Of a stretch of DNA of 64,000 nt, positions 1 to 8,898 are shown piece by piece. Source of the DNA: an uncultured Acidovorax sp. (lineage in GTDB: Bacteria > Pseudomonadota > Gammaproteobacteria > Burkholderiales > Burkholderiaceae_C); NCBI GenBank assembly GCA_913774625.1, contig CAJYHL010000037.1, positions 5,353 through 69,352 on the forward strand, given 5' to 3'. Both the position numbers and the translations under genes were made by a program. Numbering within the stretch: the first letter of the stretch is position 1; every line of letters begins with the position of its first letter. The notes under the pieces are model-generated. The model did no database searches. It saw only the letters and a program-made list of their open reading frames with translations, and had not been told where the DNA came from.

Positions 1-2
1 CG

Positions 3-170
3 GTGGCCTACCACTCGTTCGGCGGCTGGAAGCGCAGCCTGTTCGGCGACCTGCATGCCTACGGCCCCGATGCCGTGCGCTTCTACACCAAGCGCAAGAC
101 CATCACCCAGCGCTGGCCATCGGCCGGCGTGCGCGAAGGCGCGGTGTTCAGCTTCCCCAGCAGCCGCTGA
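3..170 (+). CDS. mmsA: CoA-acylating methylmalonate-semialdehyde dehydrogenase, 3' end only (5' part outside window)
   Basis: Frame 3 reads [39 protein letters not shown]...*, the characteristic MMSDH C-terminus. Confidence 0.85.
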   Translation: MAYHSFGGWKRSLFGDLHAYGPDAVRFYTKRKTITQRWPSAGVREGAVFSFPSSR

Positions 171-230
171 AGCAAGGGCGGCGGAGCGCGCGAGGCTCTC
201 CGGCCCCGTGCGCCGCCGGCCCGCCCACCA

Positions 231-1109
231 TCACGACGCCTTGCCGGGAGTTGCGGCGCCCTGGCCAGGCTTCTTGTGCGCTGGATGGGCGGCCGACTTG
301 TGGGGCGCCGGCTTGTGCGCGGCGGGCCTGGCGGGAGCCGCCTTGGCCTTGGATTTCGTGGCTGCCGCCGGCTTGCGGTCCTTCCTGGCCTCTTTCCTGT
401 CCTTCACCGATTTCTGCGGCGCGGCCTTGGCCGCCGCTGCGGAGTATTTCTGCGGCGGCAGCGCCTGGGCGGCAGGCGCCAGGGGCTGCAGCGCCGTGGC
501 GGCGGGCAGGGCCGCAGCCCCCGCCGCTGCCGCAGCGAAGGCCTGGGGCAGCACGGTCACGGCCTCGCGCGCCTCTTCGGTGCTGTATTTCACGCGCAGG
601 TTCTGCGGCGGCACGCCGCGCAGCACCAGTTGCTTGCGCACGGACAGGGCCCGAGCCAGCGCGGCTTCGCGCGCAGGCTCGGGCTGGTTGGCCTGCCGGT
701 CGCTGTAGCCCTTGATCTCCCAGAGCGCACCCTTGTCGCGGGCCACCAGGTCCAGCAGCGCCGCCGTGCCGGGCGGCAGATCGGTGGCGATACCGGCGAA
801 ACGGGCCACGGTGCCGTCGTCCGGCACGCGCAGCGGCACGGCAGGGGCGGCCGCAACCGGTGCGGCGGCCACCGCCGGCGCGGCAGGCGCGGCAGCAGGT
901 GCCGCAGCTGCGGCCACGGGCGCCGCGGCGGGCGCGGCGGACTGCGGCGCCTGGGCAGGCGGCGCGACGACGCAGCCCGCCGAGAGCAGGGCGGCGCCCA
1001 GCATCAGGGCTGCCGCCGCAGCGGACAAGGCAGAGGTCGGGGAAGGGGCCGAGGAGGCCCGGGCTGGACTCAGGTGGAACGAACGGTTGGACATGGGAAG
1101 GTAAGCCAT
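231..1109 (-). CDS. Putative lipoprotein with Ala/Pro linker, OmpA-C-like domain and Lys/Ala-rich tail
   Basis: Lipobox-like LLSAGC; GYSD...ARALSVRKQLVLRGVPPQNL resembles the OmpA C-terminal peptidoglycan-binding motif; start uncertain (1109 or 1094). Confidence 0.6.
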   Translation of the reverse strand: MAYLPMSNRSFHLSPARASSAPSPTSALSAAAAALMLGAALLSAGCVVAPPAQAPQSAAPAAAPVAAAAAPAAAPAAPAVAAAPVAAAPAVPLRVPDDGTVARFAGIATDLPPGTAALLDLVARDKGALWEIKGYSDRQANQPEPAREAALARALSVRKQLVLRGVPPQNLRVKYSTEEAREAVTVLPQAFAAAAAGAAALPAATALQPLAPAAQALPPQKYSAAAAKAAPQKSVKDRKEARKDRKPAAATKSKAKAAPARPAAHKPAPHKSAAHPAHKKPGQGAATPGKAS

Positions 1110-1297
1110 CACGGAAAAAGCGGCCGCGCTGCTGCTGCGGTATCGGACCAGGATGGCGGCGATTGTGCGCCGACGCGGCACCGACCGACGCAGGCTGCTG
1201 ATACAGTGGCCTCGCCGACTGCTCCGACCGCCACGCCACCAGCCCGCTCGCACCGCGCCCCTCGCTCTCCAGCCCGCCCGTCCGTCCGCCCCCGCCG

Positions 1298-2458
1298 ATG
1301 TCCGAACCCGCAGTCCCGGCACCCGTCCGCAGCAAGTCCCGCAGCAAGGTTCATTGGCTGGTCCGCATGAACCGGCGCAACCGCTCGGTCTTCTACGCCA
1401 TGCTGGGCGTGGCCATCGCGTCGCACCTGTGGTTCAAAGGCGCCAGCCCGCTGCTGTGGGCGGTGATGGCGGTCCAGTTCGCCGCCTATCCCCAGTTCGC
1501 CTACTGGCGCGCAGTGCGCGCCAAGCACCAGCGCGCCGCCGAAATGCAGAACCTGGCGCTGGATTCGGTCTTCGGCGGGCTGTGGGCCGGCTTCCTGGGC
1601 CTGCCTCTCTGGCTGAGCTTCTCGCTCATCATCGGCAACAGCATCAACATGGTGGTGTTCTACGACCTCAAGGGCCTGCGCACCCTGCTGCTGACCACCT
1701 GCGGCGGCATCGCGCTGGCAGCCGGCGGATGGCTGGCGCTGACGGGCACCTGGCCGATCGACCCCGCCACGCACACGGTCACCGGGCTGCTGTGCATCGC
1801 GGCGCTGACGGTGTACTTCGTCGCCTTCGCGCACGACGGCTACGTGCGCGCCATGGACCAGTACCGCGCCAACGAAACCCTGCGCCTGCAGTTCGAAGAG
1901 ATCCAGTCGCTGCAGACCCGGCTGCGCGACCAGGCCCTGCGCGACCCGCTGACCGGCCTTTTCAACCGCCGCCAGCTGGACGCCGTGCTGGCCCTGGAAC
2001 TGGAACGCTGCCGCGAGGCCGGCGCGCCCCTGGCGCTGCTGATGATCGACATCGACCACTTCAAGCGCATCAACGACACGCACGGCCACCCGGCAGGCGA
2101 TGCCGTGCTGCAGGCTCTGGCACGGCTGCTGAAGCGCCACGTGCGCCCTCAGGACCTGGCCTGCCGCCACGGCGGCGAGGAGTTCGTGCTGCTGCTGGTC
2201 GAGACCCCCCTGCCCGTGGCGCTGGAGCGGGCCGAGGCACTGCGCAAGGCCTTCCAGGCGCTGGTTGTGCGCCACGGCGAAGTCACCATGTCGGCCACCC
2301 TGTCATGCGGGGTCGCCGCCTTTCCCCAGCACGCCACGCAGCCGCTGACGCTGACCGCCTGCGCCGACCAGGCCCTCTACCAGGCCAAGCTGCAAGGGCG
2401 CAACCGGGTGGTGGTACACGAGGCGGAGCCAGCGCGGCAGCCTCCTGCAACTGCCTGA
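1298..2458 (+). CDS. Diguanylate cyclase, MASE2-type membrane domain + GGDEF
   Basis: Hydrophobic N-half with E..NL.LDS.FGG pattern as in AdrA MASE2; DPLTGLFNRR, DIDHFK, RPQD I-site, GGEEF. Confidence 0.9.
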   Translation: MSEPAVPAPVRSKSRSKVHWLVRMNRRNRSVFYAMLGVAIASHLWFKGASPLLWAVMAVQFAAYPQFAYWRAVRAKHQRAAEMQNLALDSVFGGLWAGFLGLPLWLSFSLIIGNSINMVVFYDLKGLRTLLLTTCGGIALAAGGWLALTGTWPIDPATHTVTGLLCIAALTVYFVAFAHDGYVRAMDQYRANETLRLQFEEIQSLQTRLRDQALRDPLTGLFNRRQLDAVLALELERCREAGAPLALLMIDIDHFKRINDTHGHPAGDAVLQALARLLKRHVRPQDLACRHGGEEFVLLLVETPLPVALERAEALRKAFQALVVRHGEVTMSATLSCGVAAFPQHATQPLTLTACADQALYQAKLQGRNRVVVHEAEPARQPPATA

Positions 2459-2650
2459 GGGCCTGGTGCCACGGCAGCCGCCGCCCCCTTTCTCCGCGCC
2501 TTTTTTACAAAGGTGTTTCACCGATCTAAGAGGAATTGCTTACTAGGGTTTCCACGGAACGCTGGCCTACAATTCCGATCCCCTACAAAGCTGGCACCGC
2601 CACGGCTGTCGTGACGCGGAGCGCAGCACCTACCTTCTGAGTGGAGACGC

Positions 2651-4966
2651 TTGATGTCCGATACCCCCCCGGTGAACGCAACGCCTGACAAACGCGCCCT
2701 GCTGCGCCAAGCAGCCCTCGAATACCACGAGTTTCCGAAGCCGGGGAAGATCGCCATCGCCGCCACCAAGCAGATGGTCAACCAGCACGACCTCGCGCTG
2801 GCCTATTCGCCCGGCGTGGCCGCGCCCTGCGAAGAGATCGTCAAGGACCCCGCCGCCGCCTTCCGCTACACCTCGCGCGGCAACCTGGTGGGCGTGATCT
2901 CCAACGGCACGGCCGTGCTGGGCCTGGGCGACATCGGCGCGCTGGCCTCCAAGCCCGTCATGGAAGGCAAGGCCGTCCTGTTCAAGAAGTTCGCCGGCGT
3001 CGATGTGTTCGACATCGAGATCAACGAGAAGGACCCGGTCAAGCTGGTCGAGGTCATCGCCGCGCTGGAGCCCACCTTCGGCGCCATCAACCTCGAAGAC
3101 ATCAAGGCGCCCGAATGCTTCTACGTGGAGCGCGAGCTGCGCAAGCGCCTCAATATCCCCGTCTTCCACGATGACCAGCACGGCACCGCCATCACGGTGG
3201 CCGCCGCCATGCTCAATGCCCTGAAGGTGGTGAACAAGGACATCGGCTCCGTGCGCCTGGTGGCCTCCGGCGCGGGCGCCGCCGCCCTCGCCTGCCTGAA
3301 CCTGCTGCTGAAGGTAGGCCTGAAGCGCGAGAACGTGTTCGTCACCGACCTGGCCGGCGTGGTCTACGAAGGCCGCACCGAGCTGATGGACGAAGACAAG
3401 ATCCAGTTCGCCCAGAAGACCGAGATGCGCACCCTGGGCGAGGTCATCGAAGGCGCCGACGTGTTCCTGGGCCTGTCGGCCGGCGGCGTGCTCAAGCCCG
3501 CCATGGTCGCCAAGATGGCTGCCCGTCCGGTCATCTTCGCGCTGGCCAACCCCAACCCCGAGATCACGCCCGAAGACGCCCACGCGGTGCGCGGCGACGT
3601 GGTCATGGCCACGGGCCGCACCGACTACCCGAACCAGGTCAACAACGTCCTGTGCTTCCCGTACATCTTCCGCGGCGCACTGGACTGCGGCGCCACGACC
3701 ATCACGCTGGAGATGGAGATCGCCGCGGTGCATGCCATCGCCGAGCTGGCCCAGGCCGAGCAGAGCGAAGTGGTGGCCGCCGCCTACGTGGGCGAGCCCC
3801 TGGCCTTCGGCCCCGAATACCTGATCCCCAAGCCGTTCGACCCGCGGCTGATGATCAAGATCGCCCCGGCCGTGGCCCAGGCCGCCGCCGACAGCGGCGT
3901 GGCCCAGCGCCCCATCGCCGACATGGACGCCTACCGCGACCATCTGCAGACCTTCGTCTATGCCTCCGGCACGATGATGAAGCCCATCGTCAACGCCGCC
4001 AAGCTGGCCGCCAAGAAGCGCGTGGCCTACGCCGAAGGCGAAGAGGAGCGCGTGCTGCGCGCCGCGCAGATCGTGGTGGACGAGAAGATCGCCCGCCCCA
4101 CCCTGATCGGCCGCCCGGCCATCATCGCCCAGCGCGTCGAGAAGTTCGGCCTGCGGCTGAAGGAAGGCGTGGACTACGACGTGGTGAACGTCGAGAACGA
4201 CCACCGCTACCGCGACTTCTGGCAGACCTACCACCGCATGACCGAGCGCAAGGGCATCACCGTGCCCATCGCCAAGATCGAGATGCGCCGCCGCCTGGCG
4301 CTGATCGCCGCCATGCTGCTGCACAAGGGCGAAGTGGACGGCATGATCTGCGGCACCTGGGGCAACACGGCGCACCACCTGAACTACATCGACCAGGTGA
4401 TCGGCAAACGTGCCGGCGTGAACACCTATGCCTGCATGAACGGCCTGCTGCTGCCCGACCGCCAGGTGTTCCTGGTGGACACCCACGTCAACTACGACCC
4501 CACGGCCGAGCAGCTGGCCGAGATCACCGTGATGGCGGCCGAGGAAATGATGCGCTTCGGCATCAAGCCCAAGGCGGCGCTGCTGTCGCACTCCAACTTC
4601 GGCTCCAGCAACCAGGCCAGCGCCGTCAAGATGCGCCAGACCCTGGACCTGCTGCGCGTGCAGGCCCCCTGGCTGGAAGTCGATGGCGAGATGCACGGCG
4701 ACGTGGCCCTGGACGCGGCCCTGCGCAAGCAGGTCATGCCGCACAGCACCCTGGCGGGCGACGCCAACCTGCTGGTGCTGCCCAACATCGACGCGGCCAA
4801 CATCTCCTACAACCTGCTCAAGACGGCGGCCGGCGGCGGCATCGCCATCGGGCCGGTGCTGCTGGGCGCCGCCGAACCGGTGCATGTCCTGACGGCCAGC
4901 GCCACCGTGCGCCGCATCGTCAACATGACGGCGCTGACCGTCGCCGACGCGAACGCCGCTCGCTGA
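2651..4966 (+). CDS. maeB: NADP-dependent malic enzyme with phosphotransacetylase-like C-domain
   Basis: [40 protein letters not shown] motifs; 771 aa. Confidence 0.95.
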   Translation: MMSDTPPVNATPDKRALLRQAALEYHEFPKPGKIAIAATKQMVNQHDLALAYSPGVAAPCEEIVKDPAAAFRYTSRGNLVGVISNGTAVLGLGDIGALASKPVMEGKAVLFKKFAGVDVFDIEINEKDPVKLVEVIAALEPTFGAINLEDIKAPECFYVERELRKRLNIPVFHDDQHGTAITVAAAMLNALKVVNKDIGSVRLVASGAGAAALACLNLLLKVGLKRENVFVTDLAGVVYEGRTELMDEDKIQFAQKTEMRTLGEVIEGADVFLGLSAGGVLKPAMVAKMAARPVIFALANPNPEITPEDAHAVRGDVVMATGRTDYPNQVNNVLCFPYIFRGALDCGATTITLEMEIAAVHAIAELAQAEQSEVVAAAYVGEPLAFGPEYLIPKPFDPRLMIKIAPAVAQAAADSGVAQRPIADMDAYRDHLQTFVYASGTMMKPIVNAAKLAAKKRVAYAEGEEERVLRAAQIVVDEKIARPTLIGRPAIIAQRVEKFGLRLKEGVDYDVVNVENDHRYRDFWQTYHRMTERKGITVPIAKIEMRRRLALIAAMLLHKGEVDGMICGTWGNTAHHLNYIDQVIGKRAGVNTYACMNGLLLPDRQVFLVDTHVNYDPTAEQLAEITVMAAEEMMRFGIKPKAALLSHSNFGSSNQASAVKMRQTLDLLRVQAPWLEVDGEMHGDVALDAALRKQVMPHSTLAGDANLLVLPNIDAANISYNLLKTAAGGGIAIGPVLLGAAEPVHVLTASATVRRIVNMTALTVADANAAR

Positions 4967-5011
4967 GCGGCAGCCGCCGAGCGAGCGCTAACTTTTCAGC
5001 GCATTTCCGGT

Positions 5012-5052
5012 GCAAGGCGCCTGCCCAACAATTGGGCAGGCGCTTGCTTTTT
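5012..5052 (+). terminator. Intrinsic terminator after maeB
   Basis: GCAAG(G)CGCCTGCCCAA / TTGGGCAGGCGCTTGC stem followed by TTTTT. Confidence 0.8.
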
Positions 5053-5121
5053 GAGCACCTTTCCGTCACACTAACGGCTCGAAATTCCGGGTTAACCCGT
5101 AGTTTCTGAAAGGCGTAGTGG

Positions 5122-5526
5122 ATGTTGAAGGCAGTCGCCCTGCAGGCGTACAAGGCAAGTTGGGCAGGTGTTCTGGGGCTGGCGTTCGCGCTGGCTCCCA
5201 TGGCGGCATCGGCTCGTAACGTACCGGAAATCACCGGGTCTCCCCCCATCGCATTGGCCGAGCTGCCCCCACAAGGGCGTGCGACCTATGCCCTGATCCA
5301 CCAGGGCGGCCCCTTCCCGCACGACAAGGACGGGGTGGTGTTCGGCAACCGCGAACGGTTGCTGCCGGCGAACAAACGGGGCTACTACCGCGAATACACG
5401 GTTGACACGCCGGGCGCACGCACCCGCGGAGCACGGCGCATCGTCTGCGGCGGCCCGCCGCGCACGCCGGACGCCTGCTACTACACCAGCGACCACTACG
5501 CGAGCTTCCGGCTCATCCGGGAATGA
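5122..5526 (+). CDS. Secreted guanyl-specific ribonuclease (barnase/RNase Sa, N1/T1 family)
   Basis: Signal-peptide-like N-terminus; GGPFP..KDGVVFGNRE, YYREYTV, RGARRIV, YYTSDHYASF catalytic motifs. Confidence 0.9.
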   Translation: MLKAVALQAYKASWAGVLGLAFALAPMAASARNVPEITGSPPIALAELPPQGRATYALIHQGGPFPHDKDGVVFGNRERLLPANKRGYYREYTVDTPGARTRGARRIVCGGPPRTPDACYYTSDHYASFRLIRE

Positions 5527-5680
5527 ACACGGGGCAGCCCATGCACCCGGTGCCCGCTCCAGGGCCCCGGACGGGGCCGCCGAGCTGGGCACGACGACAG
5601 CGGAATCTTTTTCCAGCCGACTGACCCCAACCGTCGGGCTGGGCCTATTTTTGTGGACATCTAAAGAAAGAGCAGCGGAG

Positions 5681-6106
5681 ATGGAAACGCCACTTCGTAG
5701 AGATCAGGAAAACCCCTTGCGCGGCGTGCGCGGCAACATCGTGCAGTCGATCCGGGCCTTCCGGGTGCAGGACCTGCAGAGCGCCGCGAGCCAGCTGGGC
5801 CATCACTTCCTGTACGCCAACCTGGCACATGCACAGACCAAGCAGGACGTTCTCGACCTGATCGCTGAGCAATTCACCTTCCCGTCGCACTTCGGCAAGA
5901 ACTTCGACGCACTGTACGACTGCATGACGGACCCGCTGCACAAGTCGGGCCCGCAGCCGGGCTTCATCGTGGTGCTGGAGCAGATTCCCGCCACCGTGAA
6001 GTTCGACAAGGAAGCCCGCGAGCAGCTGCTCGACATCTTCCGCGATGCCGCCGACTACTGGGGCGACCGCAAGATCCCCTTCCGCTGTTTCTATTCTTTT
6101 CTGTAG
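5681..6106 (+). CDS. Barstar-family ribonuclease inhibitor
   Basis: FGKNFDALYDCMTD barstar motif; lies directly downstream of the RNase; GGAG before ATG 5681. Confidence 0.88.
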   Translation: METPLRRDQENPLRGVRGNIVQSIRAFRVQDLQSAASQLGHHFLYANLAHAQTKQDVLDLIAEQFTFPSHFGKNFDALYDCMTDPLHKSGPQPGFIVVLEQIPATVKFDKEAREQLLDIFRDAADYWGDRKIPFRCFYSFL

Positions 6107-6303
6107 CCCGTTCTGCAACCACTGGCCAGGCAGAACGGGCCGGCGAGGCTGGCGACAACGCAGCCCCCGCACCGGCCACGGAGATCGTGATCGAGCCCTC
6201 GTCGGGCGAGAAGATGCCCACCGACAAGCTGGTGGACGTTTCGCCCCTGGCGCTGCGCATGAGCAGCCCGTTCAATGCGGGGTATTGGCTGGCGGCAGCC
6301 TGA
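6097..6303 (+). CDS. Candidate -1 frame C-terminal extension of barstar (alternatively a 29-aa small ORF from ATG 6214)
   Basis: -1 frame open 6097-6303; 36 of the 40 codons in 6181-6300 end in G/C; slippery T_TTT and an 11-bp stem at the junction. Confidence 0.5.
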   Translation, partial: FSVARSATTGQAERAGEAGDNAAPAPATEIVIEPSSGEKMPTDKLVDVSPLALRMSSPFNAGYWLAAA

Positions 6304-6316
6304 TTCGTTCGGTACA

Positions 6317-6455
6317 TCCCCCTGAGGCGCTGCGCGCCTTCCCCCTTCTCTCGAATGGCTGCGCCATTCGGGAAGGGGGACGACACCAGTGGCCTGGCAA
6401 AGCCAGATCCACGGTGTCTCTGGCGGGGCCGCGCCAGCAGCGCAAGGCGCTGGCG
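6317..6455. repeat. Multi-hairpin REP/MITE-like element between convergent genes
   Basis: Stems TCCCCCTTC/GAAGGGGGA with CGAATGGC/GCCATTCG; GACACC..CTGGC-AAA-GCCAG..GGTGTC; CGCCAGC/GCTGGCG. Confidence 0.5.
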
Positions 6456-6506
6456 AGATAAGCATTCAGGCAAAAGTCCGCTCTGGCGCTTATCCAGCAA
6501 GCGCCA

Positions 6507-7301
6507 TCAGCTATCTTTTTGAGAGCAAGCCTGCGCCAGCGCCACGTAGTCGGCCACGGGCACTTCCTCGGCGCGGCGCTGGGTGTCGAAGGTGCCGCCG
6601 AACTGGCGCGCCTCCAGCCAGCGGCCCAGGGTGTGGCGCAGCAGCTTGCGGCGCTGGCTGAAGGCCACCTGCACCAGTTCTTCCAGCAGCCGGGGCGCCA
6701 CGGGCGCAGGGGCGGCGTGCGGCACCATGCGCACGACGGCGCTGTCCACGCGCGGGGGCGGGTCGAAGCTCTCGGGCGGCACGAAGAGCACGTCTTCCAT
6801 GGCGTAGCGCCACTGCAGCATCACCGAGAGGCGGCCGTAGTCGCTGGTGGCGGGCTGCGCCACCATGCGGTCGATGACCTCTTTCTGCAGCATGAAGTGC
6901 TGGTCTTCGATGACGCCCACATGCTCCAGCAGGTGAAAGAGGATGGGCGTGGAGATGTTGTAGGGCAGGTTGCCCACCACTCGGATCCTGGGAGCGCCCA
7001 GCGCTTGCTGCACCTGGGCGAAGTCCACCTTCAGCACGTCGGATTCGATCACGTCGAGCTGGCCGTGCTGGCGCAGGCGCGCGGCCAGATCGCGGTCGAG
7101 CTCGATCACGGTGAGCCGGCCCAGGCGCTCGACCAGGGGCTGGGTGAGCGCTGCGAGGCCCGGCCCGATCTCGACCATGGGCTGGCCGGGGCGCGGGTCG
7201 ATCGCCCGCACGATGGCGTCGATGATGCCGCCGTCGCTGAGAAAGTGCTGGCCGAAGCGCTTGCGCGCGACGTGTTTGCCGTGACTGCCGTTGTTGCTCA
7301 T
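6507..7301 (-). CDS. rsmA: 16S rRNA (A1518/A1519) dimethyltransferase
   Basis: [36 protein letters not shown]; ATGA overlap with surA stop. Confidence 0.95.
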   Translation of the reverse strand: MSNNGSHGKHVARKRFGQHFLSDGGIIDAIVRAIDPRPGQPMVEIGPGLAALTQPLVERLGRLTVIELDRDLAARLRQHGQLDVIESDVLKVDFAQVQQALGAPRIRVVGNLPYNISTPILFHLLEHVGVIEDQHFMLQKEVIDRMVAQPATSDYGRLSVMLQWRYAMEDVLFVPPESFDPPPRVDSAVVRMVPHAAPAPVAPRLLEELVQVAFSQRRKLLRHTLGRWLEARQFGGTFDTQRRAEEVPVADYVALAQACSQKDS

Positions 7302-8806
7302 TGCGGCGGATCGCGGTATTCGACATAGGCGCGACCGCGGATTTCCTGCACCCAGTTGGCGTAGGCCTCGTCGAGCTTCTTCTCGCGCACGACGTCGCGC
7401 ACCATGTCGCGCTGCTCGCGCTGGGTAAGCTTGGCTTCGCGGCGGTCCAGCAGCTGGATCAGGTGGACGCCGAAGCGCGACACCACGGGCTGGCTGATCT
7501 CGCCGGGCTTGAGGCCGTTCAGCGCCTCCTCGAACTCGGGCACGTAGCGGCCAGGGCCGGCCCAGCCCAGGTCGCCGCCGTCCTTGGCGCTGCCGTCCTG
7601 CGAATGTTCGCGCGCCAGCGTGGCGAAGTCGGCGGTGCCGGCCTGGATGCGGCGGCGGTAGTCTGCCAGCTGGTCGGCGGCCTGCGATTCGGTCAGCTGC
7701 GGGCCCACCCGCAGCAGGATGTGGCGGGCATGGGTCTGCACGGCCATGGTGGCGGCAGCGCCCTTGTTGCGCTCCAGCACCTTGAGCACGTGGAAGCCGG
7801 CGGGCGAGCGGATCGGGCCGACGATGCTGCCCACGGGCTCGTTCTGCGTGGCGCTCACGAAGAGCTCGGGATAGCGGTCGGCCGGGCGCAGGCCGAGTTC
7901 GCCGCCTGAGGCCGCCTCGGACGCATCCGAGACTTCGCGCGCCACGGTGGCGAAGCTCTCGCCTGCGCGCACCCGGTCGGCCGCCTTCTGCGCACGCTCG
8001 CGACGCTGCTCGACGATCTCGGGCGAGGCATTCTCGGGCACCACGACGAGGATGTGGCCCAGGTTGATCTCGATCTTGGCGGGGTCGGTGGTGTTCTGCT
8101 GGTCGCGCAGGAACTGGTCCACGTCCAGGTCGCTCACGCGCACGCGGGATTCGACCTCGCGCTCGCGCAGGCGCTGCATGAGCAGCTGGTTGCGCAGCTC
8201 CTGCAGAAAGCGGTCGCGCGTGATGCCGTCCTGCGCCAGGCGCCGGTACATCTCGTCCATGCTCACGCTGTTCTGCCGCGCCACCGACTGGGCGGCCTGC
8301 GACACGGCGAGGTCGTCGACCTTGATGCCGCTCTCGGCCGCCAGCTGCAGCTGGATCTTTTCCAGGATCAGGCGGTCGAGCACTTCCTTGGCGAGACGCG
8401 CGGACGAGGGCTGCGGGCCGCCTTGCGAGGCGATCTGCTGCTCGACCCGCTCCATGCGGCTGCGCACCTCGTTGTTGGTGATGGGCTCGGAATTGACCAC
8501 CGCCACGATGTAGTCGGCCTGGCGCGGCTGCGCGGCACTGGTGGCGGCGGCGCTGCCGGCCGGCGGCAGCGTGATGGAAGGCAGGCCGCGCGGCATCGTC
8601 GCGCCGCCGGCACCCTTGCTGCTGCTGTTGCCGCCGCTGCTGCTCATGCCCTTGCCCGCAGTGCCGCTGCCGAGGGTGGTGGAAGAAGCGGCGCCGCCGC
8701 TGCCGGCCGCAGGGCGCAGCCCCTGGGCATGGACCGCTGCGGGCGGCAGGACGCTGGCCAGGGCGGTCAGGCAGGCCAGCCCCAGGGTGATGGCGCGTTG
8801 TTTCAT
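7298..8806 (-). CDS. surA: Periplasmic chaperone/PPIase SurA
   Basis: [13 protein letters not shown], two parvulin domains ([19 protein letters not shown]); lptD-surA-rsmA order. Confidence 0.92.
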   Translation of the reverse strand: MKQRAITLGLACLTALASVLPPAAVHAQGLRPAAGSGGAASSTTLGSGTAGKGMSSSGGNSSSKGAGGATMPRGLPSITLPPAGSAAATSAAQPRQADYIVAVVNSEPITNNEVRSRMERVEQQIASQGGPQPSSARLAKEVLDRLILEKIQLQLAAESGIKVDDLAVSQAAQSVARQNSVSMDEMYRRLAQDGITRDRFLQELRNQLLMQRLREREVESRVRVSDLDVDQFLRDQQNTTDPAKIEINLGHILVVVPENASPEIVEQRRERAQKAADRVRAGESFATVAREVSDASEAASGGELGLRPADRYPELFVSATQNEPVGSIVGPIRSPAGFHVLKVLERNKGAAATMAVQTHARHILLRVGPQLTESQAADQLADYRRRIQAGTADFATLAREHSQDGSAKDGGDLGWAGPGRYVPEFEEALNGLKPGEISQPVVSRFGVHLIQLLDRREAKLTQREQRDMVRDVVREKKLDEAYANWVQEIRGRAYVEYRDPPQ

Positions 8807-8898
8807 GGCGTGTTCAGGCTCACAAAGAGGAGATGGATGGGTGCGGTTCCCTTGCGCACCGCCCGGGGCGACCCGGCGGCGGGCGGGCGGGAAAGGCG

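Noticed and set aside
5652-5660. TGTGGACAT as a DnaA box before barstar
   Set aside because: Two mismatches and isolated; likely chance
6107-6190. Stop-codon readthrough of the barstar UAG in frame 0
   Set aside because: Frame 0 closes after 27 codons with poor codon bias; the coding-like signal is in the -1 frame
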